The notes beneath the pieces were generated by a model that ran no database searches, was not told the DNA's origin, and saw only the letters and a list, made by a program, of their open reading frames with translations. The position numbers were made by a program, and so were the translations under genes. A DNA stretch of 64,000 nt from Polyangiaceae bacterium (GTDB lineage Bacteria > Myxococcota_A > Polyangia > Polyangiales > Polyangiaceae): positions 512,001 through 576,000 of the forward strand of contig CBDCTZ010000012.1 in NCBI GenBank assembly GCA_965222375.1, in the 5' to 3' direction. Of this stretch, positions 8,460 to 17,985 are shown piece after piece (positions within the stretch are counted from its first letter, which is position 1; every line of letters begins with the position of its first letter).

Positions 8460-9662
8460 CTACTTCCCGGCCCAGGAGAAGGCTGCGGTCTTGCACTCTC
8501 CGGTGAAGGTCTGGATGTTGCCGTCGTCTGGGCCAGGCTTGGCGTCGTCCACGCGTGACTCGAACGCGATCTTGCTTTCGAAGAAGCCCAAGAGTTCGCA
8601 CATCTCCTGGTCGCCGATGCCGTAGCTGACCGTTTCACTACGAGGGTTCTTGTACTCGCAGCCGAAGCGCAGGCCTGTTGCAGCAGAAAGATCTACCGGG
8701 GGGTCGAACCGCTTGCCGCGCGCCTCACCGTTGAATCCTCGCACGTCCAGCAACGACTCTCCGTCGCCAGGTCCACCAAAAACCTCCATGAACATGCGAC
8801 TGCCTAGGGCATGGGTGTGGGGTAAGGCGTAGTACAGCTTGGCGTCGAAGCTGCCTCCGAAGTCTTTCAACAAGTCGCACTCGGCGGAAAAGCGCGAGGT
8901 CGCGTTCGGTGGGATCTTGATGCCATGGTAGTCGAGATGGAAGGGGGTGAGTTGCACCGTGACGTCCTTTACTTCCAGGCCGTACAGTGTCAGCTGGGTG
9001 TGTCCGGTGATGCTTGATGGCGCGGTGTTCAGCAGGTGTGTATCGCTGACGATCTTGGACCGTGCCGGGATGCGGATCGCGACGCCGTCCGGGAACTTCT
9101 GCACTTCTCTCTTGGCCTGGGTCGACTGCGCGTACAGGGCGCCGCCCGCGAGCGCCGCCGCGAGCTGGCTCCAGCTGCGGTCGTTGCATTCCCACAGGCC
9201 GTCCGGGCCCGGGTACATGTCTTCCGGCACGAACATCCAGTTGGAGTGGTGTGAAGCCTCGTCTTGTTCCAACTCTACAGCGTTGATGAACAAATCCGAT
9301 TCGTTGTTGAGGGTCCAGCTACGGCAGCGGTATCCTTCCTCGCCCGCGCCGATGGTCTGGTCGGGAAAGTCGTGAGCCAAGGGCGCGCCTACCAGTGCTG
9401 AGCAAGCACCGGTCTCATCAGCGTACTGTCCGGAAGGGCACGATTCACATTTGGCGCTGCCACCACCTTCGACGCAGCGTTGTTGGCTGGCTTGGCACTC
9501 GGGCAGCAACTGAGCGCACGTGACCCCGTTGCTGCCGCCTGCGCCAGCTGTGCCGCCTGCGCCAGAGGCGCCTGCGGATCCCGGAGAGGCGGAGTTGTCG
9601 TCGGAGCCACAGCCCGCGAGCAACAGGAACAGGGCGGCGGCGGCCAGCTGGGTGCGCGTCAC
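8460..9662 (-). CDS. Lipoprotein with copper type II ascorbate-dependent monooxygenase (PHM/DBM-like) domains
   Basis: Lipobox LLAGC, Gly linker, Cys-rich segment. Candidate CuH ligands SHH..DTH and CuM ligands PHTH..EMC. Confidence 0.75.
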   Translation of the reverse strand: MTRTQLAAAALFLLLAGCGSDDNSASPGSAGASGAGGTAGAGGSNGVTCAQLLPECQASQQRCVEGGGSAKCESCPSGQYADETGACSALVGAPLAHDFPDQTIGAGEEGYRCRSWTLNNESDLFINAVELEQDEASHHSNWMFVPEDMYPGPDGLWECNDRSWSQLAAALAGGALYAQSTQAKREVQKFPDGVAIRIPARSKIVSDTHLLNTAPSSITGHTQLTLYGLEVKDVTVQLTPFHLDYHGIKIPPNATSRFSAECDLLKDFGGSFDAKLYYALPHTHALGSRMFMEVFGGPGDGESLLDVRGFNGEARGKRFDPPVDLSAATGLRFGCEYKNPRSETVSYGIGDQEMCELLGFFESKIAFESRVDDAKPGPDDGNIQTFTGECKTAAFSWAGK

Positions 9663-9726
9663 CGGTTCAGCATGACGAAAATCAACCGGCGCCGCAAACC
9701 GACGGCGGGTCTGGGCAGCAGAAGGG

Positions 9727-9750
9727 CGGCGCTCCTTTCGAGAAGCGCCG
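9727..9750 (-). terminator. Probable terminator/stabilising hairpin
   Basis: Minus strand reads CGGCGCTTCT-CGAA-AGGAGCGCCG (10-bp stem with one G.U pair), about 20 nt after the stop at 9770. Weak U tract. Confidence 0.55.
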
Positions 9751-9769
9751 TGGATGGATGGAGCTGCCG

Positions 9770-10237
9770 TTAGGTGCAGGTGACCGTCACGTCGTGGGTG
9801 TGTCCGGTGCCCATGGTGGACGTCACCGTGACGGTCTTGGCGCTCTTCAGGGTGGCCAAATCCGCCGCAGTCAGCGTGATCATGTGGCCATGCCCGGAAC
9901 TGCCATCGATGGCGTAGCTCTTGTCAGAAGTGGAGTCGAGGTCCGCGGCTGGGATCGTCACGGCATGGCCGTGGTTGGCCGTGATGGCCGTCCCTTCGGC
10001 GCCGCAGCTCGTCCCGGTGCTGCCACCGGCTCCTCCGCTAGCGCCGCCGGCTCCACCACTAGCGCCGCCTGCGCCGCCCGTGCCGGATCCACCGGTGCCG
10101 GATCCGCCGGTGCCACTGCCGCCACTACCGCTGCTGTCATCGTCGCTACCGCAGCCGGAACCGAGAGATAGGATGCCGAGGGATGCGCCGAACACTGCAA
10201 CGCCGCTCTTCAAGAAGTTTTTACGTGTGATCTTCAT
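9770..10237 (-). CDS. Putative Tat-exported His-rich lipoprotein
   Basis: TRKNFLK (RK variant of the twin-arginine motif), hydrophobic stretch then GSGC, Gly/Ser linker, three HxH motifs (NHGH, GHGH, GHTH) flanked by two Cys. Confidence 0.75.
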   Translation of the reverse strand: MKITRKNFLKSGVAVFGASLGILSLGSGCGSDDDSSGSGGSGTGGSGTGGSGTGGAGGASGGAGGASGGAGGSTGTSCGAEGTAITANHGHAVTIPAADLDSTSDKSYAIDGSSGHGHMITLTAADLATLKSAKTVTVTSTMGTGHTHDVTVTCT

Positions 10238-10335
10238 GGCCTATGTGGTCTCCTTGGAAACGAAACCTCGCGAGTATCGCATGGCCAAACCAGAGGGCGA
10301 AACTACCCGCGGGTCGCGTTGCTACGCTGGCGCGC

Positions 10336-10854
10336 TTACTGAAGTTTCTTCGGATTCAGCATCTCGCCGTTCGGCTTCATGCCGGCGCGCTTCCAGCGCT
10401 CCTCTTCCGACAGACCCTGCGGCGTGGGGGGAGGCGTGATGTCTTTGATCACCAAACGAGTCACCGGGCCATCAGCCACGACCTCAATCCGGTACACCCG
10501 GTCCTTCTTGCCGCCCTTGATGGCGACTTTGGGAAACACGGTACGCGCCGCTCCAACTTCGACGTGTTGCACCAGGACTCGCTCCCGTACGTAGTTCGCG
10601 ACGGCTTCCGGCCGCAACTGGCCGGAGAAGTGCGCTGCGTCAGGGTAGCGCCTGTCCAGGCGCATTTGTCTTGGCGCGGTGAAGCCGAAGGCCGAGTGCT
10701 TGCCCTGGCCGAGCTCTCCTGGTGCCAAGCGGTCGAGGGGTTTGCTCACCGCTGATCCGATTGGCGCGCCGGGGCCAACCACTTCTTGTTCCTCCTGGCA
10801 GCCCGAGGCTGCCAGGACACTCAGGCCCAGAGGCAGGAGCCAGGGTCGCATCAT
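10336..10854 (-). CDS. Hypothetical lipoprotein directly downstream of pilY1
   Basis: Lipobox AASGC, same strand, 16 bp after the pilY1 stop. Confidence 0.75.
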   Translation of the reverse strand: MMRPWLLPLGLSVLAASGCQEEQEVVGPGAPIGSAVSKPLDRLAPGELGQGKHSAFGFTAPRQMRLDRRYPDAAHFSGQLRPEAVANYVRERVLVQHVEVGAARTVFPKVAIKGGKKDRVYRIEVVADGPVTRLVIKDITPPPTPQGLSEEERWKRAGMKPNGEMLNPKKLQ

Positions 10855-10870
10855 GGCCGCGAGTGTCGCC

Positions 10871-13800
10871 TTATTCGATGATTGCGGCCCAGGAATCGAT
10901 GTTCGTGGTGCTCGGTGGGGTTGGCAGGTTGATTTCTAGTCGGCGAGATCTACCGCCTGTCACAGGCGTGCCGGTGTTGCCAGTATGCATGACCAACTGG
11001 AACTTGCCGGGCGCGATGTTGGAGATGGAGGTGTGAGTGCCCGAACCAAAGTACGGGTCAATGCCCGAGGATTCTTCGATACACGAAGGTAGCTGGGTCA
11101 CGCCGACACCGAAAATGACCGAACCGTCTTGCAGGATCGCGTTGGTGTTGTCGATGAACTGAACCACGCTGCCGCCGTCGGGTAACCGCTCCAGGCCGCC
11201 ATTGGCCAGATCGGCAAGGGTTGTGCCGGTCTGCTTGGGCTTGATGTAGTCCACGCCCCAGACGCGGCTCGAGCCCGCTTTGCAGACCTGAGTGCTGTTG
11301 GGCGACTCGGGCTTGAAGGTCGAGAAGAACAGTGCGCCGTTGAACAGAGACATCGGGCCCGCGACGCGCTCGCCATCGTCGAGCTTCGTGTACCAGTTGG
11401 CGTTCGAAGTGAATGTAGGCCCGATGGGGTCGACCTTTTCCGTCAAAGACACGGCATAAGTCGCCATGCCCACGGGTGCGGTGAGCACATCCTGGTCGCC
11501 GGTTGAAAAGGCGATCGTGACGTTGCCAGTCTCGTCGACGGACAGGATGGGCGGCGTCTCGATGGCCTGACCATGGCGCCAGTCGTGGCCCAGGCTGCTG
11601 GAGTAGGCGTCGAAGAAGAGCTTCATGGTCCAGTTCGATGGGTTGGTGGCGGATACGTCCACGCGCCACATCGTGCCATCACGGTCCCCAACGAAGATAC
11701 GATCCGCGATTGCGCCCGTGGTTCCAGGAAACGGAACTGGGGTACCGGTGATCGGGGAATCGATGGAAGCGTGAATCACTCTAGACGTGGCATTCAGCCC
11801 AGGCGGTGCGTCCGCCAGCTCTCCCCGGAAGGAACGGATGATTTCGCCGGTATCCAGACGCACGATGGTCAGAGAGCGTGCGGGGACCGCCGCGCCGTAG
11901 CAGGGCACGTCACCCCGGGGCGAGAAGCGGGGATCGACGCCTGTTGGGGTGACGTTGCGTCGAGCGCACGGCCCGCCAGTGGGTACAGCATCGCCTCCGG
12001 GCAGCACGGCCACTGCGACTTCCTTCACGTTGCCGCCGGATTCGAAGAAGAGCGTGGTGATCAACGGCGTGGCGCTGTTGTTGCCAAAGATAGGTGCACC
12101 GGTCTCATCCTCCGTGAGTTGCCACAGGAACTCGGGTCCGGCGACCGGGTCGGTGACGTCGAGGGCGAAGTATCCGCCGCGGCTGCCCCCAAAACCCTGG
12201 ATCAACACGGTTCGCCACTGGCCTTGGCCAGAGGAGGCTTGGCCTGGTGAACGCTCGAATCGCAGTCCGAGGGGGCCGTTGAGGGCGACCACGTCTTTGA
12301 CCACGGGTACGCCGTCCAACAAGACCTGATGGGTGCCTGGGTACTGGGATGGTAGCCCCGGCAGAACCGCTGGAGGGATGAAGGCCCACAGCTCGTTGTT
12401 CTGCTTGGAGTCGACCTTGAAGGTGTCCGCCGGATCGACGGCCGCCACCTTGAAGGCGTGCAGGAAGCCATCGTTGGTCGACGTGTACATGACGATGGGG
12501 CGCAGGGCGTTGGTGGACGCAAAGAGCTGATAGGTTTCATCCCTCAGAAGCGCTGAAGGTGGGCCGACCAAGCGTGGGGTGGAGTGGAAGATGTCACCCA
12601 CCAAGCTGCAGTTGGTGGAGCCAGGCACAGCGCAGCGCTGATACGCCGTACCGTTGTCCAAGCCTACCACCCAGCGGAGATAGCGGTCCCGGCATTGGCC
12701 CGCGGTCAGACCAACGCAGCTCGTGCCATCCAAGCCCATGGCTTCGGGAGTGACTGAGGCCGAAATACCGGTAGCGTCACCATTGATCTGGGTGCCTGAA
12801 TAGCCGCTCACCCCGTCCGGATTGCCGGAAAGTGAGGGCCGAATGCTGCGAGCCGAGTGGATTTGTCCGCCCACCAAATTGCCTTGGACGGTGTAGAACT
12901 TGCGGGGAGGACCCGAGCCCGAGTTGACATTGGCGATGAAGTCATCCCCCTTGGTCGCGTCGATGTCTTGGGGTTCTGGAGTCAAGTCCCCGGTAGTCGC
13001 GTCCTTCATGCACACGTAGCGCTGCCGCTCGAGCACACCGTTCCAGAGCGTGAACTGCTTGGTCTCGAAGGAGCTGAAGAAACGGTAGCCGGCGGCGAAG
13101 GGGTCGCTAACGGTGGGTGAGGAAGCGAATACGGGGATTGTGCGACTGGTCGTGTTCTTCACGATGCTCGACAGAACCGCCGAGAGAGCGGCGCGGAGTT
13201 CATCCTTGTCGTCGGCGAAGTAGGCTCGAGTCGTCCCGCCATTGAAGGCCACGCGGTTGAGAGTGCAGCACGCCTGCAAGGCCCGTTCGTTCGGATTGGT
13301 CGCGCACAAGCCTGTCGGGCTGTTGAGGTCCGGGTCCGTCAGGTTTTCGCAATCTACCGGGGTCGCGTTCGACAGAGTGACGTTCGAGACGGCAAAACCG
13401 ATCACGAAGACCTTGGTTCGCTTGTTTGGGTCCGCTGCATTGGCCAGGTCGAAAGAGATGTCTTCGGGCTTGTCGTATGGGCAGACGCCCGCGGGTGGAC
13501 CTCCGCCTTCGCAGAAGGGACGAAGATCCAGATTGGGTTCACCGTCGGAGAGCAGCACGATGAAGTTGTTTCGGCAGCCACCGGTGATGTAGGGGTCCCG
13601 ATAGGGGCCAAAGTCGTCGGCCGGGATCAATGGGTCCGTTGAAGTGTCGTTCCACAGGAAGTCCCGCACGTCGTCCAACATGCCCGCGATCGGCGTTGCG
13701 CCGTAGGGGCGGCTAGCCAAGAGGATCTCTTGGATCTGCGCGTTCTTGGTAGCCAAGGTCGCGGCGCTGGCGCTGGACGCGCCAAAGCCGACCATCCGTC

Positions 13801-14521
13801 CCTCCCAGGGCGGAGCCGCGGCATTGCGTGCGCCCACTTCGAGGCTGGACAAAGTCGAGCAGGCAGCTGGCTTACCTTGCTTCGGCTGCGCGTTGAGGAA
13901 GTAGCTCCAAGTCCCGTTGACACCGGTTGTGTAGTTTGGGGCCGTGCCGGAAACACCGGTGCCGCCGCCTGTATGCGGGTCGAAGGTCATGAGCCCGAAG
14001 CGCACTGACGAGCCGAAGGAGTCGAGCAGGCCGTCGGACGCTTGGGTGAAGGTGTTGCACGCGATGTTGGGGTCCGTGTAGGCGTGGTACTTCACAGCGC
14101 CAGCCGGATAGTCGTATGCATTGCTAGACAACACGCCTGGCCCTGGAGTGCAGGTTCCGGAAAGAGGCCGATGATACGGATTCAGGTAGTCGGCATCTGG
14201 GGGCAATTGGCCGCTCAGGCTGTACTCGTTCTTGAACGCGGCCGAGCCACGGCTCACGGCGTCGCAGCGATAGTCCTGAATGCTGCCGGTCATGACTTCG
14301 AGCAGTTCGATCCAACGGCTTCGCTCGCTGCCCGGACCGGTGGGCACGCAGGCTGGAAAGGCGGCGCTGGAGGACTTGTACTCCATGGAACCGGAGCTAT
14401 CGACCAGCATCATCACGTTGGGTAGTGGCGGGTTGACGTCGACCTGCGCCGCGGCTGTCCCGGCGGCCCCAACCGAGCCGACGAGCGCCGCGAGCGAAAC
14501 TAGTGTCCTTGCCTTTCTCAT
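10871..14521 (-). CDS. pilY1: Type IV pilus tip adhesin PilY1/PilC family with N-terminal vWA-like domain
   Basis: Signal peptide, MIDAS-like LVDSSGSM and LLSDGEPN. C-terminal beta-propeller motifs GDIFHSTP, NDGFLHAF, ELWAFIP, YFALDVTDP, VGDRDGTMWRVD. Lies after four pilin-like genes. Confidence 0.93.
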   Translation of the reverse strand: MRKARTLVSLAALVGSVGAAGTAAAQVDVNPPLPNVMMLVDSSGSMEYKSSSAAFPACVPTGPGSERSRWIELLEVMTGSIQDYRCDAVSRGSAAFKNEYSLSGQLPPDADYLNPYHRPLSGTCTPGPGVLSSNAYDYPAGAVKYHAYTDPNIACNTFTQASDGLLDSFGSSVRFGLMTFDPHTGGGTGVSGTAPNYTTGVNGTWSYFLNAQPKQGKPAACSTLSSLEVGARNAAAPPWEGRMVGFGASSASAATLATKNAQIQEILLASRPYGATPIAGMLDDVRDFLWNDTSTDPLIPADDFGPYRDPYITGGCRNNFIVLLSDGEPNLDLRPFCEGGGPPAGVCPYDKPEDISFDLANAADPNKRTKVFVIGFAVSNVTLSNATPVDCENLTDPDLNSPTGLCATNPNERALQACCTLNRVAFNGGTTRAYFADDKDELRAALSAVLSSIVKNTTSRTIPVFASSPTVSDPFAAGYRFFSSFETKQFTLWNGVLERQRYVCMKDATTGDLTPEPQDIDATKGDDFIANVNSGSGPPRKFYTVQGNLVGGQIHSARSIRPSLSGNPDGVSGYSGTQINGDATGISASVTPEAMGLDGTSCVGLTAGQCRDRYLRWVVGLDNGTAYQRCAVPGSTNCSLVGDIFHSTPRLVGPPSALLRDETYQLFASTNALRPIVMYTSTNDGFLHAFKVAAVDPADTFKVDSKQNNELWAFIPPAVLPGLPSQYPGTHQVLLDGVPVVKDVVALNGPLGLRFERSPGQASSGQGQWRTVLIQGFGGSRGGYFALDVTDPVAGPEFLWQLTEDETGAPIFGNNSATPLITTLFFESGGNVKEVAVAVLPGGDAVPTGGPCARRNVTPTGVDPRFSPRGDVPCYGAAVPARSLTIVRLDTGEIIRSFRGELADAPPGLNATSRVIHASIDSPITGTPVPFPGTTGAIADRIFVGDRDGTMWRVDVSATNPSNWTMKLFFDAYSSSLGHDWRHGQAIETPPILSVDETGNVTIAFSTGDQDVLTAPVGMATYAVSLTEKVDPIGPTFTSNANWYTKLDDGERVAGPMSLFNGALFFSTFKPESPNSTQVCKAGSSRVWGVDYIKPKQTGTTLADLANGGLERLPDGGSVVQFIDNTNAILQDGSVIFGVGVTQLPSCIEESSGIDPYFGSGTHTSISNIAPGKFQLVMHTGNTGTPVTGGRSRRLEINLPTPPSTTNIDSWAAIIE

Positions 14522-14531
14522 CGCTCTCTCC

Positions 14532-15230
14532 TCACCGGTGCACATTCTTCAGGGTGACGTGGGCACGCAGTCCAGCCACGCTGGCGGCGGTGCTCGACGC
14601 ATTCACGGCGCACCACGGGCTCGTACCGAGCGCTCCCAGATCGATGGGCCTCACTTGCCCCAGCGCTGTCAGTGTCAGCTGCACGTCACGAAAAGCGTTG
14701 GTTTGCTGCCCGCCCACTTCGGAGCCGGGGTTGGGTACGGTTTCAAAGGGTTCCGTCATTTCCACGACGAAGACGCCCTCAGTTGCCGAAGCCAGGCCCG
14801 CGAACCCTAGCTTCGGGCCCAAACTGCCGCTTGTTACAACCGTTTGGTTTTCGAGCAGCGTCGTTCCCGACCTTGCGTCCACGCGATCCGCAATCTCGGA
14901 GATGTAGAGCTTGTAGCAAGGGATGGGCGTGCCGGGAGCCAATGGCAGAACGTTCTGGTTCGTTTCGCAGGTATCCATACCCTGCTGGACCTTGTCCAAG
15001 TAGGTCTTGCCCGCGCCGTCACCGAGTTCGGCGCTGACGGCCCGACCCGCAAACTCCGTCAGGTATTGGGTTTGCACCAGTTGACGATCGTAGCCCGCCG
15101 CCTGATCCACCAGGCTGGCGGATCGAGCGGAGAAGATCCCGATCGCAGTGAGCAGCGTGATGACAAGCAGCACGATGAACACGGAGGCACCGCGCTCGGA
15201 TCGTCGATGGCGGCGCGGGATGCTCACCAT
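14532..15230 (-). CDS. pilX: PilX-like minor pilin
   Basis: Basic leader, ERG|ASVFIVLLVITLL: prepilin-like site lacking Glu5, as in PilX. Position directly before pilY1. Confidence 0.8.
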   Translation of the reverse strand: MVSIPRRHRRSERGASVFIVLLVITLLTAIGIFSARSASLVDQAAGYDRQLVQTQYLTEFAGRAVSAELGDGAGKTYLDKVQQGMDTCETNQNVLPLAPGTPIPCYKLYISEIADRVDARSGTTLLENQTVVTSGSLGPKLGFAGLASATEGVFVVEMTEPFETVPNPGSEVGGQQTNAFRDVQLTLTALGQVRPIDLGALGTSPWCAVNASSTAASVAGLRAHVTLKNVHR

Positions 15231-16513
15231 AGGATCCCCATTTGGTTGTGCAGAGTGATGTCGGCCTGCATGGTGCGCACCCGCGCAAAGGGCTTGCTGG
15301 CCCCGCTGCCTAGCCCGATGCGGTACAGACCTGGAGCGATGTCCGTCCCCGGGGCGCCCACGATGGGGGCCTCGCGATCCGGCTGTCGGGAGCGAACGCT
15401 CAGCCGCGCGCGCATTGCGCGGAGCCGGTGCGGGCCTTGATTCGGGTTGGCACCGACAGTGATGTCACCCGCCCAGTTCGCGATCTGAGCATCCCCAGGT
15501 GCGAAGCTGGATAGAGTGGGGTCCGTGTTGTTCAGCAACCCCGTGATCGCCGTCACGCCTACCTGGAAGTCCACGGCGTATTCCGCGACGAGCTCCTCGG
15601 TGCCCGCGATGGCGGAGCCGCTCGTATCGAGTTCCACCCGCACCAGATCCGTCCGGTCCGTATCCCAGTCGGCGCTGACCGTGTCCCCGTAGAGTGGCGC
15701 ATACGCTGGGTTGCCAGCTCCAAAGTTCGAGGATGTCGACAGGTTACGAAGATCGTACTGAACGAAGTTGATCACGTTCGCCACGGCGCCGGTGACATTG
15801 CCTTTGAAGCCGCAGGTATTGCCGGCGACCTGCCGAAAGCGCAGACCCGGGTTCTGAGACAAGATGACTTGTGGGATCGGGCCTGCCACCGTGGACTGGA
15901 TCGTGCCGAACTGGAGTTCCCCGGACTTGTCCTGGATGCGCAATCCGCGGCCCGCCAGGAACACCTGATTGAGCAGCGCGGCCTGGTCCGCGCTCGCGGC
16001 GTAGCCCATGCGAGCCAGTGGGCCGATATTGGCCTGTAGGAAGATGATGAAGGTGGCGCCGGTGTCCTGGATGTTCCAAATCGGAAATTGGTCCACCGAC
16101 GAATAGCTGCCCGACAGCACGACGCTGTCCGGTGCCAAACCGTTGTCGCTGAGCGTCGGGTTGGACAGCGAACCGCCCAAGTCGATGCGCACGCTGGCCA
16201 GCCGCTTGAGTTCTTGAGGCCAGGTCGGATCCGCGATCGGATCGCCGCACAGCCTGGGGTCCCGACGCACATTTGGAGTCGACAGGAAGCCTGCGCGCGC
16301 CAGGTCGACCCGAAGGCGTTCGAAGCCGACCAGGCCCGCCAAGGTAGCGTCAGCAACTCGCGTCTCGCGCTTGTAGAATCGGCTGGCATCCGACGCCAAC
16401 GCAAATACCGCCAGCGCGATGAACATACCGCCGCTGACCGCGACCATCAGCTCCACCAAGGTGAAGCCACGTGCGGGCGAGGAATGGTTGCGGTTGCGTC
16501 GGGATGTCATCAC
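15224..16513 (-). CDS. pilW: PilW-like minor pilin
   Basis: RG|FTLVELMVAV type III signal peptide, DLARAGF motif, large size. Confidence 0.82.
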   Translation of the reverse strand: MMTSRRNRNHSSPARGFTLVELMVAVSGGMFIALAVFALASDASRFYKRETRVADATLAGLVGFERLRVDLARAGFLSTPNVRRDPRLCGDPIADPTWPQELKRLASVRIDLGGSLSNPTLSDNGLAPDSVVLSGSYSSVDQFPIWNIQDTGATFIIFLQANIGPLARMGYAASADQAALLNQVFLAGRGLRIQDKSGELQFGTIQSTVAGPIPQVILSQNPGLRFRQVAGNTCGFKGNVTGAVANVINFVQYDLRNLSTSSNFGAGNPAYAPLYGDTVSADWDTDRTDLVRVELDTSGSAIAGTEELVAEYAVDFQVGVTAITGLLNNTDPTLSSFAPGDAQIANWAGDITVGANPNQGPHRLRAMRARLSVRSRQPDREAPIVGAPGTDIAPGLYRIGLGSGASKPFARVRTMQADITLHNQMGILW

Positions 16514-17103
16514 AGGGCGGTTGCTTGCTTGATCGCCGTGACTTGATGCACGACGTGGTACTGCTCGCTGGCGGCTTCAATGGCGTTGGGGTCCGTATTC
16601 GGGTTGCAGACATTGAGGCCGTCTACGGTTCCGCCGAGCCCCTCGCGGACCCAGAACACACGCACTTCTGCTCGAACCAGACCGTTGCCGGCGGTGTCGG
16701 GGTACAGCCAAGACAGGCGGATGTGCGTGCAGTAGCGGGTTTGGGGCAGCTCCGCGTCGGGCACGATGTTGCCGAGGGAGTCGAAGTTGGGTCCGAAGTT
16801 CACGTCCGGGAAGTAGCTAGGGCGGAACCAGACACCAGCGTTGCCCGTGACGTTGACCAACCAGCGCGTCTCCGAAATGTCACTGACACCATTGCGAGGT
16901 GAAGGATGGTTCCAGGCGGACGCGTCCGCCGCGAGCTGTTCGTGCCAGGCCTGAGCGATATGCGTCGCCACAGCCAACTCTTTGGCATGTTGATTGGCCG
17001 CGACCGTGACTTTTTGCATCGCAATGACGCCCGTGACGCCGATGGCGAAGATGGTGACTGCAATCAGCAGCTCGATGAGCGTGTAGCCGCGCAGCGCTCT
17101 CAT
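16510..17103 (-). CDS. pilV: PilV-like minor pilin
   Basis: MRALRG|YTLIELLIAVTIFAIGVTG. Start moved to ATG 17103, which overlaps the upstream stop (ATGA). Confidence 0.82.
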   Translation of the reverse strand: MRALRGYTLIELLIAVTIFAIGVTGVIAMQKVTVAANQHAKELAVATHIAQAWHEQLAADASAWNHPSPRNGVSDISETRWLVNVTGNAGVWFRPSYFPDVNFGPNFDSLGNIVPDAELPQTRYCTHIRLSWLYPDTAGNGLVRAEVRVFWVREGLGGTVDGLNVCNPNTDPNAIEAASEQYHVVHQVTAIKQATAL

Positions 17104-17780
17104 GGCGTCGCCGCCGGGCCACTGCGGGCGTGACCGTTGGGAAGCACCAACACGGAGCGTGACAGCCCGAGTTGGTTTCCACCGGAGCTGCGGCGAGTCA
17201 GGGTGACTTGCGAAACTCCTGTTAGAGGGGTGAACGCGCCCACCTGGCCGAAGCGCACGAAGGCCCGACCCATGGGAGTGAAGCAGATGTCCATCTGCGG
17301 CTGAACGCCGGCGTTCGCGGGTGGTGGGCCGTTCATGCTCAGGAAGATCGAGGCCCACTCGGTGCGATTCGCAGGATCGAATTGCGTGAGGAGCTTGTTG
17401 TCTGAGTTACCGTTCGCCCAGCTCGACAGCGTGCAGCCTGAGACCGGTAGCTGCGCGCAATTGGGACCTCCCGCCGAATTCCCGCGAACCGCTTCCCGGA
17501 CCTCGACCCGGCCCTGGGGCGATGCCGTGCCATTGAAGCGGACCAGGACGGCGCCGCCTCGCGCCATGGAGCGCATCCGCGCATTTCGATACAGCGCGCC
17601 CACCTCCAGCGCCGCGTTCTGGACCCGGCGGTCCCGGAGCTGGTTCAGTACGGCTGGAATCGCGAGCACCGCCAGAACCGCGATGATGATGACGACCACC
17701 ACCAGCTCCAGCAGGGTGAAGCCCCGCTGCCCCGCAACGCGAGGTCGGATCTGCTCTGCTTGCTGGTTTAGGTACACCAC
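17100..17780 (-). CDS. fimU: FimU/FimT-like minor pilin
   Basis: RG|FTLLELVVVVIIIAVLAVLAIP, ARMRSMARG, ICFTPMGR. Confidence 0.82.
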   Translation of the reverse strand: MVYLNQQAEQIRPRVAGQRGFTLLELVVVVIIIAVLAVLAIPAVLNQLRDRRVQNAALEVGALYRNARMRSMARGGAVLVRFNGTASPQGRVEVREAVRGNSAGGPNCAQLPVSGCTLSSWANGNSDNKLLTQFDPANRTEWASIFLSMNGPPPANAGVQPQMDICFTPMGRAFVRFGQVGAFTPLTGVSQVTLTRRSSGGNQLGLSRSVLVLPNGHARSGPAATP

Positions 17781-17795
17781 CGAAAGAGTTGGTTC

Positions 17796-17811
17796 AGCAA
17801 GGGTCGTGCCG
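17796..17811 (-). promoter_or_regulatory. Sigma54 (-24/-12) promoter of the minor pilin operon
   Basis: Minus strand CGGCACGACCCTTGCT versus consensus TGGCACG-N4-TTGC(A/T); exact GG-N10-GC spacing. Confidence 0.7.
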
Positions 17812-17985
17812 CGCGGCTTCGGTCGGATTCGCCCAGATTTGCAGGGTTTCTATTGTCCAGGAGGTTTGAGCCCGGCAAGGATTGCGACGCTATGTAATGA
17901 TTGCGGAGCGTTGGCGTCCCGGCCGGCGGGCCGGAAGTCGACTGGACAATTGCCTGATCCCCGGCGCCGTTCTATTCGAACCCGC

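Noticed and set aside
17335..17985. N-terminal 217 aa of the 591-aa track ORF
   Set aside because: Overlaps fimU antisense; the real lipoprotein signal begins at ATG 17986.
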